A DNA stretch of 64,000 nt from Macrostomum lignano (lineage: Eukaryota): positions 124,001 through 188,000 of the forward strand of contig NIVC01000868.1 of the NCBI GenBank assembly GCA_002269645.1, in the 5' to 3' direction. Each line of letters opens with the position of its first letter. Position 1 is the stretch's first letter. The notes below the pieces were generated by a model. The model did no database searches. It was given only the letters and a program-made list of their open reading frames with translations, and was not told the origin of the DNA. This document shows positions 13,301-24,636 of the stretch, one piece after another. Made by a program: the position numbers and the translations under genes.

Positions 13301-16300
13301 TTGCCTGGGCCGCGGCAGCCACCGAGGCAGTTCGGGTGGCAGCAGGCCGACGAGTTGCCGCCCAGCAGGCAGCCGCGATCACCGCAGGCGGGGCTGCAGA
13401 GACTCTGACAGGTATCCCGACTCCAGCAGTTCTCGGCGACCGGGCACTCCGAACTGCGAGAGGCAATTTCGAGCATTGTGTACGAAATGCTCAAGATGAG
13501 CTCCCGCTCCTCTCCCTTGGATGCTCAGGCTGAGCTCCCGCTCCTCTCCCTGGGATGCTCAGGCTGAGCTCCCGCTCCTCTCCCTGGGATGCTTAGGCTG
13601 AGCTCCCGCTCCTCTCCCTGGGATGCTCAGGCTGAGCTCCCGCTCCTCTCCCTGGGATGCTCAGGCTGAGCTCCCGCTCCTCTCCCTGGGATGCTCAGGC
13701 TAAGCTCCCGCTCCTCTCCCTGGGATGCTCAGGCTGAGCTCCCGCTCCTCTCCCTGGGATGCTCAGGCTGAGCTCCCGCTCCTCTCCCTGGGATGCTCAG
13801 GCTGAGCTCCCGCTCCTCTCCCTGGGATGCTCAGGCTAAGCTCCCGCTCCTCTCCCTGGGATGCTCAGGCTGAGCTCCCGCTCCTCTCCCTGGGATGCTT
13901 AGGCTGAGCTCCCGCTCCTCTCCCTGGGATGCTCAGGCTGAGCTCCCGCTCCTTACCCTGGGATGCTCAGGCTGAGCTCCCGCTCCTCTCCCTGGGATGC
14001 TCAGGCTGAGCTCCCGCTCCTTACCCTGGGATGCTCAGGCTGAGCTCCCGCTCCTCTCCCTGGGATGCTCAGGCTGAGCCGGCACTTTACTTGCCATTCC
14101 AGATTCTCTCTTCAGCATGTTAGGAATTCGAAACGGATTAAGCCAGCTTTTCCAGGTGAAATTCACGACAAAAACGAGCATCTGTTAATCCGCTAATCCC
14201 AGACAAAGATGAGACCAACACAAGCTATCCCAGGGCAGTAACAGCAATGGAATTTTATAGTCGCACAAGAAATAATCCCATCATATCCAGACCGCGCATC
14301 CACATACAAACTCTTAGCCTCCCAAATTCTGATGATGGAAATATTCCGGCCTGCATGTCTGCAGTTCCCATCAACCCTCCGGGCAGTGGCAAAAGTGCAG
14401 AGCACGATCTCGGAAACAGAGATACGAGAGCTGGGAAGGGGACGAGAGCCTGGCCTGAGTCTGAGTCAGCTCTGACCCCCTGCCGCGGCTCGTGAGATTC
14501 TTGCGGATTCAGTTTAGGGCTGCAGGCAGGGGTTGCTGGGGAAAATGGACACTGGATGAAGCCGGGGAGGGTGACAGCCAGAATCCCAGACAGCTTGGGC
14601 ATTTCCACGGATTGCAAAAGCTGCAGCAGACGGGAGCAGGCAGGGTGCAGGTGCGCAGGACAAGAGACTGATGCATAATTCAGAGCCAGGAGGCAGTGGC
14701 TCAGGGCCTGCAGATGCAGCTCATCGCGCGCCAGTTCGCGTCCCTCATTTCTTTTTTTCGCTAATTCACTTTTTGCCCGAGATCTCATCGGCAAAGGCCC
14801 GCTAATCCGGCTCGGGAGCTGCTAAATCCCTAGAGGGAATGCTTTATGCGGCCAGTTCAACGCGTTGGGAGGGGGGCTTCATAGCCCCGGAAATTAAAGC
14901 TCGGGCCTTCTGGGGATTTTCGAGCATTGAGATTAAAACCGGAGAGTCCAACGACTCGACTCGGTGCTTGGGGATTAAGAACGCAATAATTCATCAAAAA
15001 CTTATTAAAAAAGGATTAGCATATCCAAAAGGCAAATGAATTTCACGTAATTAAAACCCTTCTGCAGAAGAGAATCATCTCTCTTTGCAGGGCTTTTTTG
15101 CGGGGCTATTCTAAAATCTTCTGACCATGAGCAAATGAGTCCGGCATACGAGCGTATTGAGCACTCACTGGTTCACATATCTGAGCACTCACTGGTTCAC
15201 ATATGTGAGCACTCACTGGTTCACATATGTGAGCATTCACTGGTTCACATATCTGAGCTCTCACTGGTTCACATATCTGAGCACTCACTGGTTCACATAT
15301 CTGAGCATTCACTGGTTCACATATCTGAGCACTCACTGGTTCACATATGTGAGCTCTCACTGGTTCACATATCTGAGCTCTCACTGGTTCACATATCTGA
15401 GCACTCACTGGTTCACATATCTGAGCACTCACTGGTTCACATATGTGAGCACTCACTGGTTCACATATGTGAGCACTCACTGGTTCACATATCTGAGCAC
15501 TCACTGGTTCACATATGTGAGCACTCACTGGTTCACATATCTGAGCACTCACTGGTTCACATATCTTAGCACTCACTGGTTCACATATCTGAGCACTCAC
15601 TGGTTCACATGTGAGCACTCACTGGTTCACATATCTGAGCTCTCACTGGTTCACATTTCTGAGCACTCACTGGTTCACATATGTGAGCACTCACTGGTTC
15701 ACATATGTGAGCACTCACTGGTTCACATATGTGAGCTCTCACTGGTTCACATATCTGAGCTCTCACTGGTTCACATATCTGAGCATTCACTGGTTCACAT
15801 ATCTGAGCATTCACTGGTTCACATATCTGAGCACTCACTGGTTCACATATGTGAGCACTCACTGGTTCACATATCTGAGCTCTCACTGGTTCACATATCT
15901 GAGCACTCACTGGTTCACATATCTGAGCACTCACTGGTTCACATATGTGAGCACTCACTGGTTCACATATCTGAGCACTCACTGATCCCGCATATCTGAG
16001 CACTCACTGATCCCGCATATCTGAGCACTCACTGGTTCACATATGTGAGCACTCACTGGTTCACATATCTGAGCACTCACTGATCCCGCATATCTGAGCA
16101 CTCACTGGTACACATATTTCGAGCTCTCGTCAATCCATTGTAGCCGGCCAGGGCAGACATCGCTGCAGAGCACCCTGTCGGGCACATTATCGAAGCGAAC
16201 CTCCCTGATGAAGTCGGGCCGCACGATGGCCGCCCAGTTCACGGATTTGTAGTAGCACAGCTTCGGTGCGTTCTCCACTCGCACTCCGCCGCGGCCGATG

Positions 16301-16802
16301 TACCGCAGCGCGGGCAGCGCCATGTCCTGCAGGTCGGGCAGGTCGAATATCACCAGCGCATAGTTCTCGTGCGTGCTGAAGCCGCGGATGACAGTCAGGC
16401 GGGGGAACAGCCGGCCCAGGCTGGTGACGTTCTTCAGCCGGTACAGCACAACGAAGCCGGAGATCTCAACCACATTTGGGAAGGTGAGCTCGCCGTTCAT
16501 CTCCATCATGCTGAGCACAATGGACCCATCAACCACTGTGCAGTGGCTGTAGTTGTAGGACTTAAAGGAGGACAGCATCGCGTGGCTTACGGTGTTGCAC
16601 ACTGCGGAAATGGGAAGGTTGCGGAGTCTGTGATCATTTGCAGAGCTCAAGTCTGAAGGACATTCTGCATATTTTGATTGTCGCAGGGGGCTTTCGGGAT
16701 CGTGAGCCACATGACCCGTGACTCACCTTTTCCGTCTGCAAAGCCGAGACCGCCATAACAGCCGAGCAGCGGCAGCAGCACCAGCAGCAGCAGCAGCGGC
16801 AT
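1..16802 (-). CDS. INSR: Insulin/IGF receptor-family receptor tyrosine kinase, 11 coding exons, C-terminus runs off window
   Basis: Exons (minus): 16727-16802, 16106-16601, 12915-13453, 9282-9444, 8725-8893, 7889-8305, 5856-6382, 2404-2890, 1406-2293, 926-1235, 1-527. All junctions are GT-AG with matching phases; total 4599 nt = 1533 codons with no stop. Domains in order: signal peptide [15 protein letters not shown]; L1 ([19 protein letters not shown]); Cys-rich furin-like; L2; KTNGDLAYC; FnIII ([21 protein letters not shown]); alphaCT-like [10 protein letters not shown]; [24 protein letters not shown]; NPDY; kinase [44 protein letters not shown]. Confidence 0.96.
557..810. repeat. 33-bp minisatellite in INSR intron 10
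   Basis: About 7 copies of cagctggctgctgttgccccacccctgatgctt. Confidence 0.9.
1299..1382. repeat. (GACA)n microsatellite in INSR intron 9
   Basis: Perfect GACA tandem run of about 21 copies. Confidence 0.95.
3210..4484. repeat. 16-17-bp minisatellite in INSR intron 7
   Basis: Variants of ccagggtgtcaggatag / tcagggtgtcaggatgg. Confidence 0.9.
4980..5717. repeat. 27/29-bp minisatellite in INSR intron 7
   Basis: (ca)cacagctaacagctctctgtaagcact tandem, about 26 copies. Confidence 0.9.
6419..6810. repeat. CTGT-based compound repeat in INSR intron 6
   Basis: ctgtctgtctgtctccctgtcagc variants. Confidence 0.9.
7336..7790. repeat. CTGA-based compound repeat in INSR intron 6
   Basis: ctggctgactgactcactgacct variants. 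Confidence 0.88.
8318..8670. repeat. 41-bp minisatellite in INSR intron 5
   Basis: gaacagatct recurs at 8401, 8442, 8483, 8524, 8565, 8606 (period 41). Confidence 0.9.
9453..9955. repeat. 21-bp minisatellite in INSR intron 3, abutting the acceptor
   Basis: ggagatggcttgggtgagatt, about 24 copies. Confidence 0.9.
10680..12860. repeat. 16-18-bp G-run minisatellite in INSR intron 3
   Basis: gggggagattcatggat variants over about 2.2 kb. Confidence 0.92.
13495..14078. repeat. 34-bp minisatellite in INSR intron 2
   Basis: gctgagctcccgctcctctccctgggatgctcag, about 17 near-identical copies. Confidence 0.92.
15157..16116. repeat. 24-bp minisatellite containing the INSR exon 2 donor site
   Basis: gagcactcactggttcacatatct, about 39 copies; the minus strand of each unit reads ...acca GTGAGT gctc. 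Confidence 0.93.
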
Positions 16803-16834
16803 GAGGCTGGCTGGCAGTGAGGGCTGCTGCTGGG

Positions 16835-16848
16835 CTGAAAAGCAAATG
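16835..16848 (-). promoter_or_regulatory. 3' splice acceptor 32 nt upstream of the INSR ATG
   Basis: Minus strand reads catttgcttttcag|CCCAGCAGCAGCCCTC...ATG, with the AG at 16836-16835. Confidence 0.55.
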
Positions 16849-19083
16849 ATGGATAGATGTAGAGATTAATGGAATTCCTTTCAAGTCAAAGACTTGATTG
16901 TTCTCCCCAGTGGACTGATAGACTCATCCAACAACTGCCAATGAAAAGTACAAATGAAAGACAGTCATTTACAGTACACGCTTTCAGGGTTAATAAATCC
17001 TCGACTTGGGGCACTAGAAGCAGCAGAAAGCGTCACTGTTTGTCTTGAATCTTAAGTAAACAAGATATCTGATATTGCAGCCCTCCAAAGGCAGACTGCT
17101 GCAAGTGTAATATGAATAGTTAGAAGAAAAAATTAATGGCGAACACAAAAACGCGGGGTAGCAGCGGGAGAGAAATGCGGAACAGAAATCGAAGACTGGC
17201 TGAGGCCTATCGATGCAGAGTTGCGGATGCAGGAGCGGCCTACAGAAACTCAGGAGCAAGGCAAGCCAAATGCAGGCTGACATGGCGTGAAAAGTCGCAC
17301 CGAGTGGGGCCAAAATTCCAGTACGTGCGCGAGAAACTTTGGTTGAAATGGATGGCTGAAGCCATTGTGTAAGAGTATGAGAGACTGCTTATTCAGGTGA
17401 TGGGCACAAAACAAATCGCCTTTTCACAGATTGCACGTCTGTCGAGAATGCTCACCAATCAGTTTCTGTGCGAGTGAGCAATCTCAGGCTGGCCTCAGCA
17501 GCGCTTGCCAAATAAGCTCAAGGAACAGGTGAAAGAATGGCAAGCCTTTATGTCCCGGTTATAGAAGCGGGAAATACGCAGTCAGCAAAGCGTCATCGGT
17601 GAGCAAGACGAGCAGTAGAGGAAATAGGGAAATCTGCTGCAAGATGCGACCCTTGATTGGACAGGGGAGCAAATCGGGGCCGAACTCGGCTGGGAGAGTT
17701 GCGAGCGGCCGCAGCTGGGGAGCGCACATTGGCTGAGCAGCCGCTGAGCACTCGATGAATCGGCCCTCAAACCGTCTGGGGCTGGGAGAAAGAAAAGCCT
17801 GAGAGCTGCGGATCGGAGAGTTTGAGAGAACGGTGGAAAAGCGATTTCGGCTCAGGGGTGGGGGGGGGCAGGAAGGGTGAGATGGAGAGGAGAAGAGATA
17901 AAATGGAAGCTGCAGTTGAAGCGCAGAAAGAGGGCGAATCAAAGGCAAAGCAAAAAACTCATTAAAACGAGCAGTCGAAAAAGCAACGAAAAACAAGAGG
18001 CCAAAACGCAGGGAAATTGTGAGCAATTGCTTTTAGCTTAAAGAAGATTAACTAGCACCGATGGGAGCGCTGTAAACATTGAACTCGAAAGCCACAGAGT
18101 TCAACTCTTGCAGAGCAGCTTCTGTCTATTTCGCAAGGAAAAAGTTGACAATTATTGAGGCGACGGGGCTGACAGATCCCACGGTGGGGAGAGTTTCACG
18201 AGCTTGTCAAAAGCTGCCTTGTCGGGGAGGAAGTTTCAACAAAATTTCCCTGCAGAAGCTGAAAGAAGCCTCCGCTATAAAGCTAAATTCTACGGGCGGG
18301 GGAAATATGCTATCTATTGCCGGTGGAGCAAGTAGTAAAAGCACAGAAGTCCGAGAATTCCGCATCCAGGACTCTGAAAGATATTCAACAGCCTGAGGGC
18401 TAGACATTCCCACTCTAATGTCCTGACATGGCTCAGTAACTTCTATACTAGTCTCATCACTAATGCAGAAGTTTACTCCAGAGTACGAGTATACTGAGCC
18501 CAGCTGTTGAGAGTACTTGAGCTTTTAGTCAGCATTGCCTGCTGTATTCTCCACAAACATGGCTATTTTGGACAACCCTCTGCCTCTACGAGTACAAGTA
18601 CAAGTCTTCAAGGATCACTTCCATCCTAAGGGTGCCTTTAGTAGGCTGGGAAAATAGTCATCATGCACTACATCATCAAGGCCTTAAACAGCGCCATTTC
18701 CAAAAATGTTGCACATTTTGAGCAATAGTGGCCTTGCCATTCTGACCAGCAATGGCGTCCCTGATGTCTTGATCAAGGCAGTAGCAGACCTACTAAACTG
18801 TAAAGAACTAGTTGACTCAATTGACACTCCTACAGACAATTTTGAAACAGGCTCTGGCCAGTAGTCCAGTGAGTACTCAGATGAGCCACTATAGCGTTAG
18901 TCTAGCATTGACCTTTTAAGCCAGGTCAAGCCAGGTCAAGCCAGGTCAAGCTTGGAAACGAATCAAATTGGGTTTTTGTGTTAATGGGTGCCACATGAAG
19001 AAAAATTGAGGTAAGGTAGCACGCTTTAGCAGGCAGAGAAATACAAAGGTTAAAATCAACATAGATTATAATTAATTCTTTCT

Positions 19084-19122
19084 ACCGACGCGTTTCGGAC
19101 CAACAATGGCCATCTTCAGGGT
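19084..19122 (-). ncRNA. Minimal type I hammerhead ribozyme motif, intact core
   Basis: ACC-CUGAAGA-U-GGCC-AUUGUU-GGUC-C-GAAA-CGCG-UC^GGU. Core CUGANGA/GAAA/UH, 4-bp stem II, 3-bp stem I, palindromic ACGCGU stem III. Confidence 0.8.
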
Positions 19123-19502
19123 CTGGTGTATTTTTAACTCACACAACAACTTTATAAGTGAACAAATGTCAAATGTAACAATCTGCTTTGTTGCAACAGT
19201 TGTTGCGAAATTGAGCAAACTCAGCAGTTTAAAATTATTGATCGGTATAGAACTGATTTTAGGCTCAACATACTTGAATCCATGTACATTAAAGACCAAA
19301 AACCTAATCTGAATATTCAGTTCTCCCATAGTGGTGCGGGCCATTTGCTCAAGGTATTCTAAGTAAAGGCACAAGTCTGAACAATGTACTTGCAATCTAT
19401 GCTTAACATTTTTGGAAAATTCTGCCCATGACATGCCCTTTGGACTGTACAGTTAACATTTGTTCACTTATAAAGTTGTTGTGTGAGTGAAAAATACACC
19501 AG

Positions 19503-19541
19503 ACCCTGAAGATGGCCATTGTTGGTCCAAAACGCGTCGGT
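19503..19541 (+). ncRNA. Second hammerhead copy with core G12 mutated (AAAA)
   Basis: acc ctgaaga t ggcc attgtt ggtc c aaaa cgcg tc ggt; identical to the minus copy except GAAA is AAAA. Confidence 0.65.
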
Positions 19542-22500
19542 AGAAAGAATTAAGAAGAAAAATTCAGTACAAAATTTTGATTTTGAATCATGATGCATAA
19601 TTGCACTTTAAAATCCTATCCTGGTTGCTAATACTAAGTTTGTACCTCGAAATTCTATCATAGGTGCAAATTGCAACCAACATTTAGACAAAAACCCCAG
19701 AGACAAGCCAGTGAAAATATATATTCATGGCTATGATTTATTACTTAGCTTCTTGAATGACTCAAATAGTCAAACTTTAACCAACATGTTTTTAATGCCA
19801 AGGCACTTCGTGCACAATGGACATCACCAGGGCCTACTAAATTTATTAAACTAAGTAAAAGTTTTTGCTCTTATATATTGACTTGACTTATATATTCCAT
19901 TGTGGACGAAATGCATTGGCATTGAAAACACGTTGGTTATCTCCTTCATTTATTTACTTTTTATCAAGTGAGCTACATTACCTAAAGTCAAACTCTAGTT
20001 TCGAGCTAAACTTGAGAAAAACTCAAGTACACCAAACTTTTTCTCTTGCTTACCTCGGTCAGCCTGTAGATCAATGGTAGCAGAGCAGAGGTTTGTATAT
20101 ATAGCATATATAATATACTACCTTAATCAATTTCTAAGACTGATACTTTTGTAATACCTAAGACTTCTTTATCATGGACAAGAAGAATAAACCTGTCAGA
20201 GTATCATGCCTAGTATGCTATGAGTGCCTGCCAGGCATAATTTTAACAGCAAATTATAGCCTAAAGATACTATTCTGGTATCCACTATAGTAGAACCAAA
20301 CTTTTTCACCCTAACCCCAAGTAGACACATAGTTAACATTTATATTTGGGGGATAGTTAGTTACTTTTAAGCAGCGTTAAGTAATTCCAGTTCCAATCAA
20401 GTAATTTCTGGCACTTGTTCCGGTACTAATATTTTTTTAAAAAAGAAACTTATAATAATTCATTACTGGTCCTTCTAATTTTAAAGAAGTATCAATTAAA
20501 AAGTGCTAAACATGTGTTGGTCTAGAAATAAACATGCTGTTATTCCTCAAACTTGCTACATCATATATTTTTATTATCTTTGCATCCAAATTTTGAGTGA
20601 ATAAACAAAACCTTTTATAAAATAAGGATTAGCAATACATCAGGATGCTACACTTGCAATTTGCAGAAAAAAATAGAGGCCAATTTCCAAAAGTTGATTC
20701 TGACTCTATAATTATATATAAAGATAATTTTTGTCCAATAGAAATGTCACAATAAGTAGAATACTTTAGGTGACTTTTAGTTTGTCATGGTTGTTGCTAT
20801 AGTTTTATTGCAGCTATGCTTTTGCAGTAGTGTAAATGTACTTTTGTAATATTAACCAATTTACAAGACTTTAAATAACTTAATTAGTGCCTTTGTACTG
20901 CAATTAAAAAATCATATAATTAGCCTCAAGAGTTTTAAAAGTCAAAACACTCTTAGAATGCATCTCCCATGTCAGATTGCATGAATATCAAATGAAAAAA
21001 TTAGCCTTCCATTTTTTCACAAATTACAGGTGTAGCATCTTGATCTTGATGTACTACTAGTGATCCTTTTTAGAAACCCTGAAAGTTCTTAAACAAGGAT
21101 ATTTATTGTTCTGAATGTGCCTTATTTTAGCATTAATCATGTCTTGTTTCAGCATTAGCAATTACCAGCAATTACTTTATTCTATGATTTTATAATGCTC
21201 AATGTTATAATGCCTAACATTCTTTAACTTAAAAAGTGAAAAAACTACATGATCTAGGATCATCTCTTTTTACCTTTGTATTACATAATTGTACAAGTGT
21301 TTTGGTTAAAGTTTTGTACTTTTAGAAAATATTTAGTGCTAAATTGGCTATTTGGCACCTAAAACTTCGTTTCCAAGTACTAGAAGACCAGACTTATTAA
21401 AAGCAACTTCTATTAGCCAAGTTTGGCATTCTAAAAAAGAACCTAAAAAGTACCACTTTAAAAAAGTAACTTCTAATAATAAAAGTACTAAAAGTGCCAG
21501 AAATTTGCCCAACACTGCTTTTGAAGAGGGGGGGGTAGTTAATAAATTAACTAGCAATAGTAGTAGCAATAAATTTCTTTCATAGTGGACATCTACATCA
21601 TATAGAATACAAAAAGCAGACTTAAAGATACAATTTAGATTACATAGAAACTATAAAAAAAACTAAAAAAACTAATTTTTTAAATAAGCACTTTCCAACT
21701 AAATAAAAGTTTTTTTGTTTTTGAAAGAAATATAATCTCTAAGCAGTTGTACTACACTGTATACAGTATAGGCAAGTTGTGAGGCAACATTAGTTTTCAC
21801 AAAATGTTTTCTTAATTTATATTGTTGTATTGACATAGATGATAGAATCAAAAAAGCTTGAATTTTCATTCCAGAATACAACTGCCATTGCCACGATCTC
21901 GAAGGCTACAGGTTGAGGTTAAAAGGCGACAGTAAAAAGGGTGACAGTCTATATATATGTTGGAATTAGAATTACAATTTCACAATATTAGGCTCGTATT
22001 TGTCAATATGTATTTGTTAAAATGTACAATTAGTTAAAACGTTTCACTCTTAGATAGCTGGTATTTGTTAAAATTTACAAGCTATTCATTTTAAGGAAAT
22101 CAATATACAGCTTGCTTCCATCGACCTGTTTGACCACTACGTAATCGAATTGATTGACTAATGGGTAAAACATTTTCTAAGAAGTATTTAGTTTGAAGTT
22201 GCGGGAATTTAAAATAGACGTGCCTATTTACCGTGAATATTAAAACTAAAACAAGTATTGCATAACAAAGAACTTCAAGAGCCGGAAATAAGTTAGCAGC
22301 AATAAAAATTTTAATATCATTTTATCTATTAGAACTGTTACCTCGTCATTAGGACATAAAAAGGAATCCAAACGACATATTAAATATTGATGAACATTGA
22401 ACATTGGTAATGAACTTAAACTTAACCTAGCTAAGCTGATGTGAACTAAACTTGAATGAAAACTAGTTAGGACGAAAAAATATGACCTTACCTGTACTTT

Positions 22501-22682
22501 TACGAGAGTATACATATTTCAACCCCTGAGTCCTGACCGACTCAGACGTCTGCTGACTATATATATGTATTAGCTGATATATGTACCGTGGCAAACTAAA
22601 ACGCTTAGAGGACTACTTAAGGATATGGCCGTGTCTATACATGTATCGACTCAAATAATGAGCTTTGAGAGTGAGTGAGTGC

Positions 22683-22875
<193 letters not shown>

Positions 22876-24636
22876 TGCATTAGGCATTTCTTGGGACAAG
22901 CGTGTATAAACTGACCCGTGCTATTAGGACCAAAAATGTGTTGGGCCAGGCCCAATAAGTGCGTCCCGACACTTCCAAAAATGAATTCTATTGAAATGAA
23001 AAAATATTCATTGGAACCGTCTTTCGATTCTCCTTTCAAAAATCAATGTCATTTTTTCATATTTTTAATCAAACACGGGGAATCTAATGATTTGCAGTGT
23101 CCTAAGAAGTTTAAAAAATTATGCGAACTGATGGTCTGATCCAACAGAACAATTGGGTCTCAAATCGGAATTCTCGTTTTATTACAATATTTCTTACAAT
23201 ATCAAGAAAGTCTACTACAAGTAACAGATAAAGGTTCCCTACAGGGCTGCCAATCAACACTTGAAAGGATCCACTGACATTTGGCATCGTGTTTACTAAA
23301 TATGAAATAATTTAATACAGATTTAGAATATTACAATCAAGCATACAAACCTTATAGATTTAGTATATTTAGATTTTTGCATAGAAACAGCTAGCATCTA
23401 AATTCATTAGCTTCCAATTTCACTTATACACGAAACATGGCAAATTAAGGTTACATCCGCCTGTGCCCTCGGCCATTTTAACTGAAATTCTCGTTTTCAG
23501 TCAGCTGCATTAATCTATTTGTCATATGTGAATGGGTATTAACTGACTCAAGTTAGTGACTGGAGGCCATTAACGTAAAGTGACACTTTGAGTGAGGTAG
23601 TTTTCCGGTGGAAATTCTCACAGTCTTATGAAGCGCTTTTAGAGCAAAGAAATAAAGGGCAAAGAAAAACTTTGCATTTCCCGAGAAAACCGAGGACGAG
23701 TATTAGAGGGAAACGTTTAATCTCTAAGGCTTTAAATGACTTCCTTATTGGCCTGGGTTTGGGCAGCTATACTATGTAGAAAAATTTTTCCTAGAATTAT
23801 GATAATTATCGTCTGGTATACTGAAATGTACTGAGATACCAAGAAACTTAAGATGACTGCATGGACTGCTAGCACATGTTTGCGTGTCACTGTCACTGTA
23901 AAGTCGAAATCGATGACTAGTTTGGCCCAAAACTAACTACTAGGCCTTCCTGGAAAACAATTCTGCTTATCTTGGATCGTAAAGATAAACCCACGTACAG
24001 TGCAGAAGTGTTAGGACAAGCGTGTACAAGACCCAGGCAATCCCTTACCCAGGCCACGCGTACATTCCTATCGCGGCGGGGGGAAGCGGGGAGGAGAGGC
24101 GGGCGCAAGGGAGTCGGGATAAAGTTTACACTGAAGTTGAGGCCTACAAGAGGAAGAGCCAATTCTAGCGGAAAGGTACATGTAGAAGTTCCCTTTGACA
24201 AACGGCGTACTGGCGGTACTGCATATGTTCAAGCGAATATAATTCATTTACGAGACCTGCACTACACAGACAAAATGTGCCACGTCACAAGAGTTTCCAT
24301 GCATGACCTGGCATGAAAAGACTTGGCTAGGAACCATTACACATATGTAAGTAGAATTTAAAATTCTTTTTAAAATTTTATGATTAAATAAAAACTTAAC
24401 TGGAATTTACATATGTACTTTTCTAAAATTCCAGATACGTTGATATCGATAAGCTACCGTTTTCTTCTATAACAAACAGATTTGCCTTCATTGTCAAGTA
24501 AGTCTTGTCTCGTACTCGTATATGTCGTATTTTTTGTACGTTGAAAAAAATAATAAGCAGCCTAGTAATACTCTGAGCTCAGTGAAATATAAGAGAGGCG
24601 GCACGATCACCTTATTTATCAATTAATTTACAACAG

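Larger units (their letters stand above)
19072..19553 (-). mobile_element. Penelope-like retroelement 3' fragment with inverted pseudo-LTR
   Basis: 98-bp inverted repeat 19072-19169 / 19456-19553 (2 mismatches), each arm carrying a minimal hammerhead motif. The internal minus ORF has CLYLEYLEQMARTTMGELNIQ, resembling the end of a PLE GIY-YIG region (resemblance by eye only). Confidence 0.8.

Noticed and set aside
14255-14794. 179-aa ORF in INSR intron 2
   Set aside because: No recognisable motif; exons 2 and 3 join in phase without it
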